Shown one piece after another: positions 38,290 to 49,519 of a stretch of 64,000 bases of DNA. The notes under the pieces are model-generated. The model did not search any database and was not told the origin of the DNA. It was given only the letters and a program-made list of their open reading frames with translations. A program made the position numbers and the translations under genes. The stretch is from Podarcis pityusensis (Eukaryota). The DNA lies in NCBI GenBank assembly GCA_964106645.2, contig OZ067045.1. One strand, given 5' to 3'. Position 1 is the stretch's first letter. Each line of letters begins with the position of its first letter.

Positions 38290-38925
38290 AAATTGTAAAC
38301 TTAAAGAGATTTTTTTGCTTTAGAGTAACAAATGTCCTTCAATAATTAACTTTCACTAATGATCTGAAATGTCTCGTGTGATATATCTTTTCCTCTTACT
38401 TTACAGAATAATTTATTTATACACAAGTAATTGCATTTTTTCTCAACCATCCGTCCAGTAAGCAAACCATAGTGTGGTGTTGTTCCTTCATCCTGTAGTT
38501 TTAATTAATCATGGAAGATGTTACGGCTTGTTGTTGTTTATGGCAATGCATCAAGCAGAGGTCACCAAAAGCTTTAGACCTCTCGCTTTGCAATATGATT
38601 GTTCTAAATATACTGTACGCGGGCGGATCCTCTCCTCTCCCTCCTCCCTGCTAAAATGCGAAGCTGGCAGCTACACATTTAAGACTGTCTCCTCTGGAGA
38701 TAGATGATTTTGTTGTGGCAGATGGTAACAGTGAAACTGTTTTAGGAACAGCTTTGGCATTGTTCAACATTTCCAACAATATTTACTGCAACAAAATGCT
38801 TCCTTTTTCAATCTGACTACAATTGCAATTTGTTCCTCTTGGCAAGCCCAGTGTTTTGGATTATAATATTAAAAGGCATTGTAATTAACTACTGATTAGG
38901 GAAATGTTGATTGCTGTGTACGGAA
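38290..38925. promoter_or_regulatory. Candidate conserved non-coding element
   Basis: ~630 bp repeat-free; taattaa x3, tttatgg, attgtt/aacaat SOX sites, CAGATG E-box. Confidence 0.45.
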
Positions 38926-39049
38926 GAAAGGGTGTCATGCATCCCTGTAGGGTTCAATGTATATCCATTTCTTTTGAAAAGAGGAACATAGCACCTCACT
39001 AGGAATGGGGGGAAAGTTCTGTTTGGGACAGATCTTAATGCAAAACCAA

Positions 39050-39321
39050 GGATTTATCCACATTTACCTTTTGCCCTGCTCTTTCCAGACAGAAGTCTGT
39101 GCTTTAATGCTCCATTCCCAAGCATTCCCCCTACCCCAGCTTTCCCTGTGAAAACCCGCTCTTTAAACCTGAATTGGAGCAAACCTCAGTTTGGGTTTTC
39201 TGCGGGTTGACACCTGCTCTGATTTCGCTTTAAAAAGCAGGTTTTCATGGAAAAAGCTCTGGAGGGACAGGGGAGGCACAGACCTGCCTGGAAAGAACAG
39301 AGGAAATGTGTGGATAAGCCC
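39050..39321. mobile_element. PIF/Harbinger-like MITE
   Basis: TIRs ggatttatccaca / tgtggataagccc; 3-bp flanking repeat caa; long internal inverted symmetry. Confidence 0.7.
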
Positions 39322-40574
39322 CAACTAAATAGCACCTTCAAAAAAACAAGGCAACACAGCAAACTGAAACACAGCTATTCAAAACTGGAGAGCCACTACC
39401 AGTCAAAATAGGCAATACTGGGCTCAATAAGCCAATGGTTTGGCCCAATATGTTCTTATCCTCGTTTCTAAAAATGGACAAACCCTTCTAGGTGCCAAAC
39501 CTTCATTACTATTCCCTCTATTTCCAAAGGTCAGGCTGTGAGTGTCATTGCTCACATAGCCGTGCACAAGAGGGAAGTATCAGCAGCAGGCTGGTGGGAA
39601 TGCTAACATTTGCATGAATTTCAAACACATTTTTAGGGAGGAGGAGGGGGGCTAATGGCAAGGGAGCAGGGGAAGAGCAACCTAATGGGGACAGAGCATG
39701 CTCAGTGGCCATGGAATGTGGACCAGCTGCTGGGAGGAAATCTGGCAGGCAGGTGGAAATGGAGTGGAGTGGCTGGAAACCCGAGCGGAAGCACTCTGCA
39801 ACATTTTGTTGCAGGTCCCACCGGTTATTAACGATATGCAAACCATTGTGTGCAGAAGCAAGCGTTACATCTGCACCAGTTTGCAACAACCTTGGAAACT
39901 CTACAAAGCCGCTTGAAAAGGTCAGCGCTGGATAACGTAAAGGGGACACATTTCTTTCCTCATTTCGTAGGTTCTGCAATCTTCACTCCCTTCTGCCCCT
40001 ATTAACGTGCTCATGCATGCGAGTGCAGAGACTGTACTTGGCAATAATGGGGCAGCCCAGGAAGCAAGCAACTTGAGTTGTAAAGATAAAATAGTGCATG
40101 TCAGGATCGCCATTAAATCTCTCTTTCCATCCCCACCCTTAAATGTTTCACTTGACATCAAATCTCAGAGAACCTTTAAATGATGTGTTAGGGGTTTTTT
40201 TCTTTGGGTTTTTTTTATAAAGCTCGTATCATGTTAAGTGTTTCAAAGAGTGTATCATAATCTCTTTATTAGCCTAGTGGGGGAAGCGCTGATACAGGCT
40301 CCATATTGAAACTCTCTGCCACAAGATGAATTGTTGTCTCTCTTAAAAACAGGCACTAAACCCTTAGAGAGAGCAGTGGGAGCAAACTCAAACCACGGAA
40401 GGAAGTGCCAGCAGGAGCAATCCTGTTTTATGACGGCATAAAACTCTGCAGAGTCGGACCTCCACTCCAACTTACTGATGGACTTGCTGGGGGGGGAAAC
40501 TAACCCATTTCTTTAATGTTCTTCTTTCTTGTTCATAGAGCAAAGAGCATAGTTCACAGAGCATAGCTGAACAC

Positions 40575-41650
40575 AAATCTGTGGTGTGACCGCATTTGGA
40601 ATCCTGTGTACAGTTTTGGTTGCCTCACCTCAAAAGGGATGTTGTCGAGTTGGGAAAGGTTCAGAAAAGGGCAAGGAAAATGATCAAGGGGATGGAGCGC
40701 CACCCATGCGAAAAAAAGGTCACAGCGTTGGGGACATTTTGGCTCGGAGCCAAGGTGAGTAACTGGAGACGTGATAGAAGTTCATAAAATTGTGTGTGGC
40801 ATGGAGAAAGTGGATAGAGAAAACTTTTTCTCCCTCTCTCATAAACTAGAACTCAGGGACATCCAATGAAGTTAGATGTTGAAAGATTCAAGACAGACAA
40901 AAGAATTTATTCATGCCATGCATAGTTAAACTAGGGCATAGGTTTTCAACCTTTTTTGGTCCCCGGCTTCCTAGACCAACTACATTCTTTCTGCAGCATC
41001 CTTGTGGTGCTCACCCCTTGCCTGCAGAGCTGGCAGCCCCTCACCCTTTTTTGAACACCCTCCCTTGTGGACTGTTGCTCAGCCTCCTCTCTGCTCCCCT
41101 CTCCCTGGGAGTCCTCTGGGCAGTTGCAGTTGCAGCTGCTGCCCCTGGTCTCTGAGCTGTCCCCCCCCCCCAAAAAAGAGGTGCTTTCTCACACTGCTCC
41201 ACAGGGGCCTGGGAAGCACCCCCTGGCCAGCCCCAGAGGCAGCATTTGCCTGGGGAGCTTGTAGCCAGGACTGCTGCGTAAACAGCTGTGCAAGTCTTTG
41301 GGAGACAGAGATGCAAGAGGGCATCAGAAGAGGGAGGGAAGGAAAGAGGGACCGAAGCCAGTGTTGCCCATGGCATCCCTGGCCATCATTCAAGACACCC
41401 CAGGGTGCCACAGCACACTGGTTGAAAACCACTGAACTAGGGGATTCACTCCCACAAGAGGCAGTGATGGCCACTAACTTGGGTAGTTGTAAAAGACGAC
41501 TGGACAAATTCATGGAGGATAAAACTAGGATAAAGCTACTAGCCATTACGGCCATGTTCTGCCTCCAAGAGTCGGAAGCAATATGTTTGTGCTTGTATCC
41601 TCTTTGTAGGCTTCCCCTGGTCATCTGATTGGTCACTGTGAGAGCACAAC
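40575..41650 (+). mobile_element. CR1 LINE 3' portion (ORF2 remnant + 3'UTR) interrupted by a hAT MITE
   Basis: ORF 40596-40787 reads ESCVQFWLPHLKRDVVELGKVQKRARKMIKGME, matching the CR1 RT C-terminal motif LEYCVQFWxP..LE.VQRRA. Confidence 0.9.
40937..41434. mobile_element. hAT (Charlie-like) MITE
   Basis: Perfect 8-bp TSD aactaggg (40929-40936, 41435-41442); TIRs cataggttttcaacc / ggttgaaaaccactg. Confidence 0.9.
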
Positions 41651-41675
41651 CTTTTGAGTTTGCTACTATGGGATG

Positions 41676-41920
41676 GAGTGGTGGAGCTTCATGCTCCGGC
41701 ACTGGAAGGCAGAGAGCAGGCAGGGGCGTGGCTGGTGTGGGTCCCGGGAGCGTGGCGTGTGTCCCGGGACGTGGCATGCCACCCGCAGGGGCATGGCGTG
41801 TGTCCTGGGACTGTGGCGCACCACCCAGCGTGGGCAGGGGGACAGCCGCGATGGCACACCACCAGGATCGCACTGCCAGGGGCGGTGTGCTCCCCCCAAC
41901 CCCCTCTTCCTCCACCAGTG
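41676..41920. mobile_element. GC-rich hAT-type MITE
   Basis: Perfect 8-bp TSD atgggatg (41668-41675, 41921-41928); TIRs gagtggtggag / ctccaccagtg; internal tandem gtggcgtgtgtcccggga repeats. Confidence 0.85.
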
Positions 41921-41959
41921 ATGGGATGATGGTCAATAATTTCAACCACTTTAAAGAGT

Positions 41960-42470
41960 GATCAAGGGGCTGGAGTAATCACCCTAGGAGAAAACATTGC
42001 AATATTGGGGCAGGAGTAGTTTAGGGGGGAGGGAAAAGTGAGTGGGAGGATGCACAGGACTAGTCTGGAGAAAATATGTAGAGAGGCTTTCTCCCTCATA
42101 ATGGTAGAGTCAAGAGTCAGTCACTGAAGCTGAATGTTCAGGACCAAAAAACTATGCACTTCACTCGATGCTATGGGCTTCACTACCACAAGATGCAATG
42201 TTGGCCACCAGTTTGGATGGCTTTGAAAGGAGATTAGAAAAATTCATGGAAGAGAAGGTTATAAATTTGTACTAGCCCTGATGGTTGGGTACTACATCAA
42301 GGATTAGTGTCAATGTGCCTCTGAATGCCAGGTGCTGGGAAACATGAGCGGGAGACAGTGACTGCACTCAGGCCTTCTTTGTGGGCTTCCCATGGGCAAC
42401 TAGTTGGCTACTTTGGGAAACAGGGTGCAGGATTAGATGGTCTGATCCAGCCAAGCTCTTCTCATGTCCT
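41960..42470 (+). mobile_element. CR1 3' portion, degenerate
   Basis: tgatcaaggggctggag ... ggccaccagtttggatggctttgaaaggagattagaaaaattcatgga ... ctgatccagccaagctcttctcatg. Confidence 0.75.
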
Positions 42471-43067
42471 TGTGATGCATCTTCCATTACCAATGGCTGG
42501 TTTGTTGCTTAGCCAAAGTGTGCCCTCCAGTTTGAAACATAGCGATTTTGTAGGGGGCTAAGAAACAGGCCACTGTTGTGAGTTAGATATGCGGGGATTT
42601 AATGGGGATGCAGGAATCATTCAGAGCATTTAGCTCATCCGGCACAGAGGCGTAATAAAGCACAGTGGAAGACTGGCAGCTTGTATTTTTGGAAGGCGCT
42701 TCATGCAGCAAATTGTTAGGCTGTAAGTAATCACAGCCCTCAGGCAGTTTTAAATTACAGGTTTGCACTTTTAGTTTAAATATTCGGCTTTTGTTTTATG
42801 GTGATTTAAATGAGCACAGACTCCATTTCTGAGGCCTTGCAGATATCACTGAGCAGAGCCAGCAAAGGAGCCCTTCAGGAGGCTGGTTTTGCAAAGACAT
42901 AAAAGCAGACAGTATGGTGGAAAGAAGATGGTCCGGAAGCAGATGTTTGGGAGAACTTTCAGGGTTGAGACATTGGTTACTGAATAGTTGCCATTCGTCA
43001 TGGCAGAGCCATAAGGAGCAGTCAAAGGAGAGCCAGCCAAGTAGGGTGGGGACAAACAGAAACACCC

Positions 43068-43589
43068 CATACCCTCCAACATTTCTTCGATGAAAATAGG
43101 GATGTCCTAAGTGGGGGACGCGGATGGTGCTGTGCGGTGGGACGTGGGTGGCGCTGTGGGTTAAACCACAGAGCCTATGAATTGCCTATCAGAAGGTCGG
43201 CGGTTCGAATCCCCGCAACGGGGTGAGCTCCCGTTGCTCAGTCCCAGCTCCTGCCAACCTAGCAATTCGAAAGCATGTCAAAGTGCAAGTAGATAAATAG
43301 GTACCACTCTGGCGGGAAGGTAAACAGCGTTTCCATGCGCAGCTCTGGTTCGCCAGAAGCGGCTTAGTCATGCTGGCCACATGACCCAGAAGCTGTACGC
43401 CGGCTCCCTCGGCCAATAAAGCGAGATGAGCGTTGCAACCCCAGAGTCGGTCATGACTGGACCTAATGGTCAGAGGTCCCTTTACCTTTGCTTTAAGTGT
43501 GACATTCTGGGCGGGATCAAATCAGAAACAGGGATGGCTTCTGTAAATCTAGGACCGTCCCTGGAAAATAGGGATGCTTGGAAGGTCTG
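43068..43589. mobile_element. hAT-like MITE interrupted by a Sauria SINE
   Basis: Ends cataccctccaa / ttggaaggtctg; repeated gaaaatagggatg subterminal motif; TSD degenerate. Confidence 0.65.
43115..43490 (+). mobile_element. Sauria SINE (POM-type) with duplicated 5' end
   Basis: Highly similar to the 33261 copy; flanking taagtg repeat; head present twice. Confidence 0.95.
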
Positions 43590-44712
43590 ATACCCACCAT
43601 AGCCAGGAATATTGTTGTTGCTCAGGCAAAGTCCCCGCTGAAAGAGGAAACCTTTGAGTCTAGGAGAAACCAACAACCAGTCGGGAGGGTGGTGCTGGGG
43701 CAGACCATCTGTTAAGCAAAAAGCAAGTAATAAATTTAATAAATAAATAGGTAATAAATAAATAACAGAGACCTTTTTCAAATGCAGGAAGTAGGACAAA
43801 TGGTCATCACCTAGCTACTGTGTAACTAGATCGGAGCTGGTTCAAAACATCTGCAACACCTGTAAACCTTGCCTCATTGGACTCAAGGACTATATAATTC
43901 CCCCCTTTAAGAGTTTCATCATAATAATATATTTTCTAAATAATAAACAATAGATTATCAAGATACATTTTAGCAGGGAACTGCCTGACATCTTTCTTTT
44001 AAAACAGTTCAGGTACCCAACATTGTCTGCTGGATGGCTTAACTGTTTCTAACAATCTGTTTTCTTTGAAATGGCATTCAAATCTTTTCTACTTAAGGAA
44101 GAGTTCAGATTTAAGAATACAGGTAGAGCCCTGCAGCTGGATCAAGCCAGTAGTCTAGCACCCTGGTCTCATATGTTTGTGGACAAGCCGCGAGCAGGAC
44201 CTGAGCACAAAAGCCATCTCCCCTACTGGAGTTTTCAGTAACAATTTGACTGACTGTCAGTGGGTGAAAATGAGTCTTTTATTCCAACAAGTTGATCCAT
44301 CTCAGATTACACAGTGTATGGGGAGTCCTAAAAACTAATGGGATGGAGATTAATCATCTATAACTAACTGTTTGAAGAGAGCGAGTTGTTAAATTGTTCT
44401 TTCTCTCAGAGTTAAGTCAAGTAAAAGTTACAAAATTGGAGCCATAATTGAAGCCAGGGGAAGAAGGGGGAGAAAATTAAAGTTCTGCAAACTTTTAAAA
44501 TTAGATTTTGAAAGTTAAAGACTGAGGCAGAACTAAGGCACAGAAGAGTGGCAGATAATCCCAGAATCAAATCTTGAATATAAAAAATGGAATAAAATCA
44601 ATATGTAGATTGCTATAATTCTGAAGGTACAATTCTTTACCATCTTGAAGCTGCTCAGACTATGCAAATGTACTTAACTAGACAATTACAGATGTTTAAG
44701 GAACGGAAAATA

Positions 44713-45237
44713 TGAGGGGTTTATTTTGAGGGGAAGGGGGGGGGGTAGGCTGAGCTGAATGTCTGGGCCCACTTCTAATTCTTGGAATAGCCAGGCTAGC
44801 TTCCTGATGAGGTGATAGCCTGGATGATAAGCCATTAAGGGGAACAAAGGAAGGAGCTCTGTGCAAGATGGCAAATGGGTGAGAGACCCTCCCTCAACTC
44901 ATGGGTTGTTAGAAGGACAAAGGCGGAGTTGAGGGCAGAGAACTGAGTAATGTGAGTTAGAAGCAGAAAAGCTGCAGACTGGGAAGCCAGAGAAAGTCAG
45001 AATGATGTTTGGTTTCTGTTTGAATCCAAGCCTGCAGCTATGTGGGAAGCGAGGCCCTCTTGGGGTGTTATGGTTGTTAACCCCTCCATCATAGGCTCAG
45101 GTTGTAGGAATGAGTCATATATCATAAAGACACCATCATCTCTGTTGTCCCTCAGTCTGAAGGAAACACAAATCCTGGGTAAGTGTCTGGAATCCCTGGA
45201 GTCTTGCACTGCTTGGAGATTGCAGTGGCATGTAACA
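44713..45237 (+). mobile_element. LTR-like element (probable gypsy-type solo LTR); 5' boundary uncertain
   Basis: Ends gtggcatgtaaca followed by atat; colinear similarity to 45282-46138. Confidence 0.55.
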
Positions 45238-45281
45238 ATATAGATCTTTCAGGGTGCTGTATAAATTCAATATTATAGTAT

Positions 45282-46138
45282 TGTTGTAGGTTTAGAGGGG
45301 GTCAGTCTGGATGGTGCTGTGAGTCCCTTCCGATTCTTGGGGTCCTGTACCCAGTAGGAATCTAATGAGGTTGCTGCACTGGCTAGACAAGTTCCTTTGT
45401 AAGGCAATGGCCTTAGTTGTGTGGTGTAGTGGTTGTGTGGTGTAGTGTAGTTGTGTGGTGTAGTTGTGTGGTGTAGGCCTTAGCCAGTGTGGTGTAGTGG
45501 TTAAGAGCGGTAGATTTGTAATCTGGGGAACAGGGTTCGCGTCTCCACTCCTCCACATGCAGCTGCTGGGTGACCTTGGGCCAGTCACACTTCTCTGAAG
45601 TCTCTCGGCCCCACTCACCTCACAGAGTGTTTGTTGTGGGGGAGGAAGGGAAAGGAGAATGTTAGCCGCTTTGAGACTCCTTCGGGTAGTGATAAAGTGG
45701 GATATCAAATCCAAACTCTTCTTCTTCTAGTTAACCACCCATCAGCATCCCCAAATAATGTGCTGGATTTCAAAGGCTATAACTAAGTGATGGTGCCCTT
45801 CAAGCTAATGGTTGGGTCTTTTCTCAACCCCTCACCTAGTTGTTAGGTAGGAGAGCAATAGCCAGAGCTGTGTGAGAGCTGACCCAAAAGCAGGCTGGAA
45901 GCTGGAGACACAGGGCCATGCTTGATCTGTGCTGGATCCAATGCTGTGACTAACGAGAAGCAAGATTTGTTGGGGTGTCAATGCTGCGAGCCCCTCCATC
46001 CTATGCTAAGGTTGCGTATATGTGTAAATAAAGCCACATCTGCTAAAGACACCATAGTATCTCTGGCCTTCATTCTAAGGAAACCCCTCAGAATCTTTCA
46101 CTGCTCGAACGTTGGGGGGGGGGGAGTGGCGTGTAAGA
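45282..46138 (+). mobile_element. LTR-like element (same family as 44713-45237) carrying a Squam3 insertion; 5' part also at ~53607-53830
   Basis: Starts tgttgtagg, ends gtggcgtgtaaga followed by atat; AATAAA at ~46027; shares ggggtcagtctggatg..tcccttcc.attcttg with the 53.6-kb copy. Confidence 0.55.
45483..45728 (+). mobile_element. Squam3 SINE (lacertid type)
   Basis: Near-identical to 36564-36824; (CTT)n tail. Confidence 0.93.
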
Positions 46139-46169
46139 ATATATTGTACCACATCTGGTATTACTTTCC

Positions 46170-46690
46170 CGGTAATAAATGCTGTGCACCTCTTGAGTTT
46201 ATCATAGCCTCCTTTCGGGTATTCCTCAGCAAAAACAACTCTGGCTGATAAAACAAAGCCATTTGGCTTATACATTCCCTTCCCTTACGCCTCGGTGCCG
46301 TTCACCACACTCTCTTGAATCGGAGCATTAAGCTTATTGACGGAATTCTCCTTTACTGCCTTTGACATGCTTAATGACAGGCGCTGGCTTAGTCTCTTTA
46401 GATTAAATAGATTTATAGCCTCTCTCGCCTCCCCCCCCCCCAGGCATACAAAAAGGAGCAATAAGTAGGCAACAAATAAATAAATAAAACCAGGACAGGG
46501 AGTGAGGAAATTGAAATGATCTGCCAGGCTATTCAGAACGGCAACCCCTGAGCCCTGTGAGCTTTCGAGAGTGGATAGGAGGCGCTTATTTGTTTCGTTT
46601 GCCTCAACTACCTTCTGCATTGTATTAACCTTTCACGGAGCCTTTTCAATTTACAGTCAGGATCAAAGCAAACAGGTTTCATATCAGACT
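46170..46690. promoter_or_regulatory. Candidate conserved non-coding element
   Basis: Repeat-free, CpG-retaining; taatgacag, gatttata, atcaaag (TCF), FOX-like tatttgttt. Confidence 0.45.
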
Positions 46691-48099
46691 AATGGGGGAA
46701 AGAGAAGGAGGCTGATATAGCAAGGGGTGATGGGAAATATATTGGGTTAACAAAGGATCATGGGATTTTTTGTTTGTTTGTTTACTCTCTCTTTTTTAGA
46801 GATTCTAGTTCAGGGATGTCCCTACAGATGTTCCTGACTACAGGTCCCATCCAGTGTGAGCAATGGTCAGGAATGATGGCAGTTGTAACCTACAATATAT
46901 GGAACATACTACGAGAATGGCCTGTGCTCTAATCTCCCAGAAAAGCATTCTGCTTAGGGGAAATTCCTTAGCAGCACAACATTGCCTGGAATGGGATGAC
47001 TTGTAGGTGTTGATGGACTGGAACATGGCTGTTGGAGCTAATGGGATCTGGAATTCAACAGCATCAGGAGGGCAACACATTGGCTGCCCCTGGGTCTGGC
47101 TTTCATCCACTGGGCCATGTCTAGAGAGGGCTTTTTTTGTGTGTGTGTTAGCATGCCATGTGGAACATCTTGCACAGAGCTGCAATTCCCAGCACCCATA
47201 ACAAGCCACAGTTCCTCGGATTCTTTTGGGGAAGTGATGTTCCATAGATGTCTGTTAAATGTATGGTATAAATGTGACTCCAGGTGACCTATCTCTGTAC
47301 TTATGCTCTGCCAGGATTTTAAGACTTTCCCTTTTCAGCAAACCGTGAACTATGCCACAGGATATGGTGCTGTGGGTGACATCAGAAATACACACATACA
47401 TGTGCAGCAAAATATTGCTGTGTGGAGTACTCTTGTTCCGTATTTCCGCCAGCCATACCCTTCTCCTGCAACTCCATTCCATCCCACTTTCTGCCCATTG
47501 TTTTTTATTCCCACAACAGTTAGTCAGCATTCCACAGTCACTGAAAACGCTCAGCTCACACTGGGATTTCTAGAGGGTGGGGGAGCCCCTCTTACAGTTT
47601 TGTTTACTAAAGCTACTTTTGACTTCAGCAAACCCTGAGGCTTTCCTCAAGTCAGTTGATACCTCCCTCTTGGGCGTGAATGGTGCTGTTTTGGAGACAT
47701 AAGCACTGTCACATACCTATGAACCTTGGAAATAGAGGAAATTGTTTTTTATTTTATTTTTTTATATATAAAAAAGAACTTGAATGAGGAGAGCAAGATT
47801 GAATAAAATAGACAATGTCTATTTGAGTGACCTGCCTTCTACATTTTTCTTTTCCAATTCAATTTGTACACTCACGCTGCTGAGGAAGCCGTCTCACCAC
47901 GGGGGACACAGAGCCTGTGAGCTCACAATAACCTTTAAAGGATTTCTAGTCTACCCTGCCTGACCCTAAGAATGAGGGAATGGGCACTTACCTTAAACAC
48001 AGTGGATGAACCTCAGCATGACTCTTCATCTGGTAAGTCTACGCATCTAGGAAACAATCCACATATCGGAAAACACGATAGGCGCTTACAGAGTTATGC

Positions 48100-48345
48100 A
48101 TGGCATGGTAAAGAAAAGTTTTTATCCTGCTCTCATAACGCTAGAACTTGTAGGCATTCAAATAAAAGAAAGGACAGCATATAGTTGAAATATGGAACTC
48201 ACTCTCACAGGTGGCTGTGAGGGCCATGAATCTAGATGGATTTAAAAGAGGATTAGACAAATTCACACAGAGGGCTATTGACAGCTACTAGCCATGATGT
48301 CTATGCTCTGCCTCCACACTTGGAGGCGGTAAAGCTTTTGAATCC
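48100..48345 (+). mobile_element. CR1 3' fragment
   Basis: tggaactcactctcacag..gatggatttaaaagaggattagacaaattca..ctgcctccacacttggaggc. Confidence 0.7.
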
Positions 48346-48539
48346 AAGGTTTAAAGCACTATGGTACCACTTTTAACAGGCAGGCTCCCGCCTCCCCCCC
48401 CCGCTCAGAATTCTGGGAGCTGTAGTTGGTTGAGCTGAAATTCCCAGAATTCTCTGGGAAGAAGCATTGATTGTTAAACCACTGAAAAGCAAACAAGAAT
48501 CAAGGCCTAAAAAATAACCAAGGATACATGTCTCAGGAT

Positions 48540-49096
48540 CTCAATACCTTTAAGGGCCACCTTTCCCCATACAAACCGGCCCAGACCCTGCACTTTTCTT
48601 CTAAGGCCCTTCCCTAGGTCTCCCCTCACTGAGAGGTTCAGAGGGTGGCAACATGAGAACAGGTCTTTTCTGTGGTGGCTCCCTGTCTGTGGAATGCTCT
48701 TCCCAGAGAGGCTCAACTGGCACCGTCATTACATGCCTTTAGGCACCAGGCAAAAACATTCCTCTTTACCCTGGCCTTTGGCCATCAAAGTACAGTCATA
48801 CCTCATGTTACATTTGCTTCATGTTACATTTTTTCAGGTTGTGTCCTGCAGCGACCCGGAAGTACCAGAAAGAGTTACTTCCGGGTTTTGCCACTCGTGC
48901 ATGCGCAGAAGCGCTAAATCGCACTTCGCGCATGTGCACAAGCGCCAATTCATGCCACATACCTGTGCAGATACGGCGCTTCAGGTTGTGGGCTTTTCAT
49001 GTTGCGAACGGGCCTCCAGAATGGATCCCGTTTGCAACCAGAGGTACCACTGTATTTATGGCCTGTTTAAGCTGCAGGGAGGGGCATTATTATGAT

Positions 49097-49132
<36 letters not shown>

Positions 49133-49242
49133 TATGGTTATAGTATGCTTTTTATTATGTTTTTATTATTAGGCTTCATAAAATATGTTCTTAACATTGT
49201 ATACTGCCCTGGGAACTTTTGATGAAGGGCGGTATATAAATT

Positions 49243-49245
<3 letters not shown>
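48540..49245 (+). mobile_element. L2 3' end containing a Tigger-like MITE and (GATA)n, followed by (CAA)n to 49277
   Basis: aggtcttttctgtggtggctccctgtctgtggaatgctcttccc..aaaacattcctcttt; tail ctgccctgggaacttttgatgaagggcggtatataaat. Confidence 0.75.
48793..49052. mobile_element. Tc1/mariner (Tigger-like) MITE
   Basis: TA TSDs; TIRs cagtcatacctc / gaggtaccactg; right end matches the 8566-8799 family TIR. Confidence 0.85.
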
Positions 49246-49277
<32 letters not shown>

Positions 49278-49519
49278 ACCACAGGCGCAGACCAGAGCTC
49301 AGAAAGATTATGTTTCTTAAGCAAGGCTCATCTCCATCAAGTAGCCCTTTTATTCTGCAGTTCAGGGGTTCACCACATGAGACAGGTGAATACAGATCCA
49401 GCAGGAGCTGAAACTTTTTCCAAAGATACAGAAAAACTCAAAGAGGCCAAAGGTTAATTTTTTAATAAATAAAGGATTGAGGGGGAAATTGGGGAATAAC
49501 AGAGGAGGAAGGGTGGGGT

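Noticed and set aside
40476-40486. Minus-strand 11-nt microexon (ccccag|CAAGTCCATCA|gtaag)
   Set aside because: Frame-shifting length, no host gene evidence; plausible by chance
41002-41961. Long overlapping ORFs (208 aa, 288 aa, 110 aa)
   Set aside because: They run across CR1 and two GC-rich MITE boundaries; stop-poor because of GC content; no domain
44340-44712. Possible decayed L1 ORF2 fragment (A-rich plus strand)
   Set aside because: No diagnostic motif could be read with confidence
44805-44830. Hammerhead ribozyme cores (CTGATGA here, at ~51885, and on the minus strand at ~7408-7429)
   Set aside because: No properly paired stem II followed by GAAA
45409-45483. CRISPR-like or telomere-like array
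   Set aside because: No unique spacers and not TTAGGG; derived from the adjacent SINE head in vertebrate DNA
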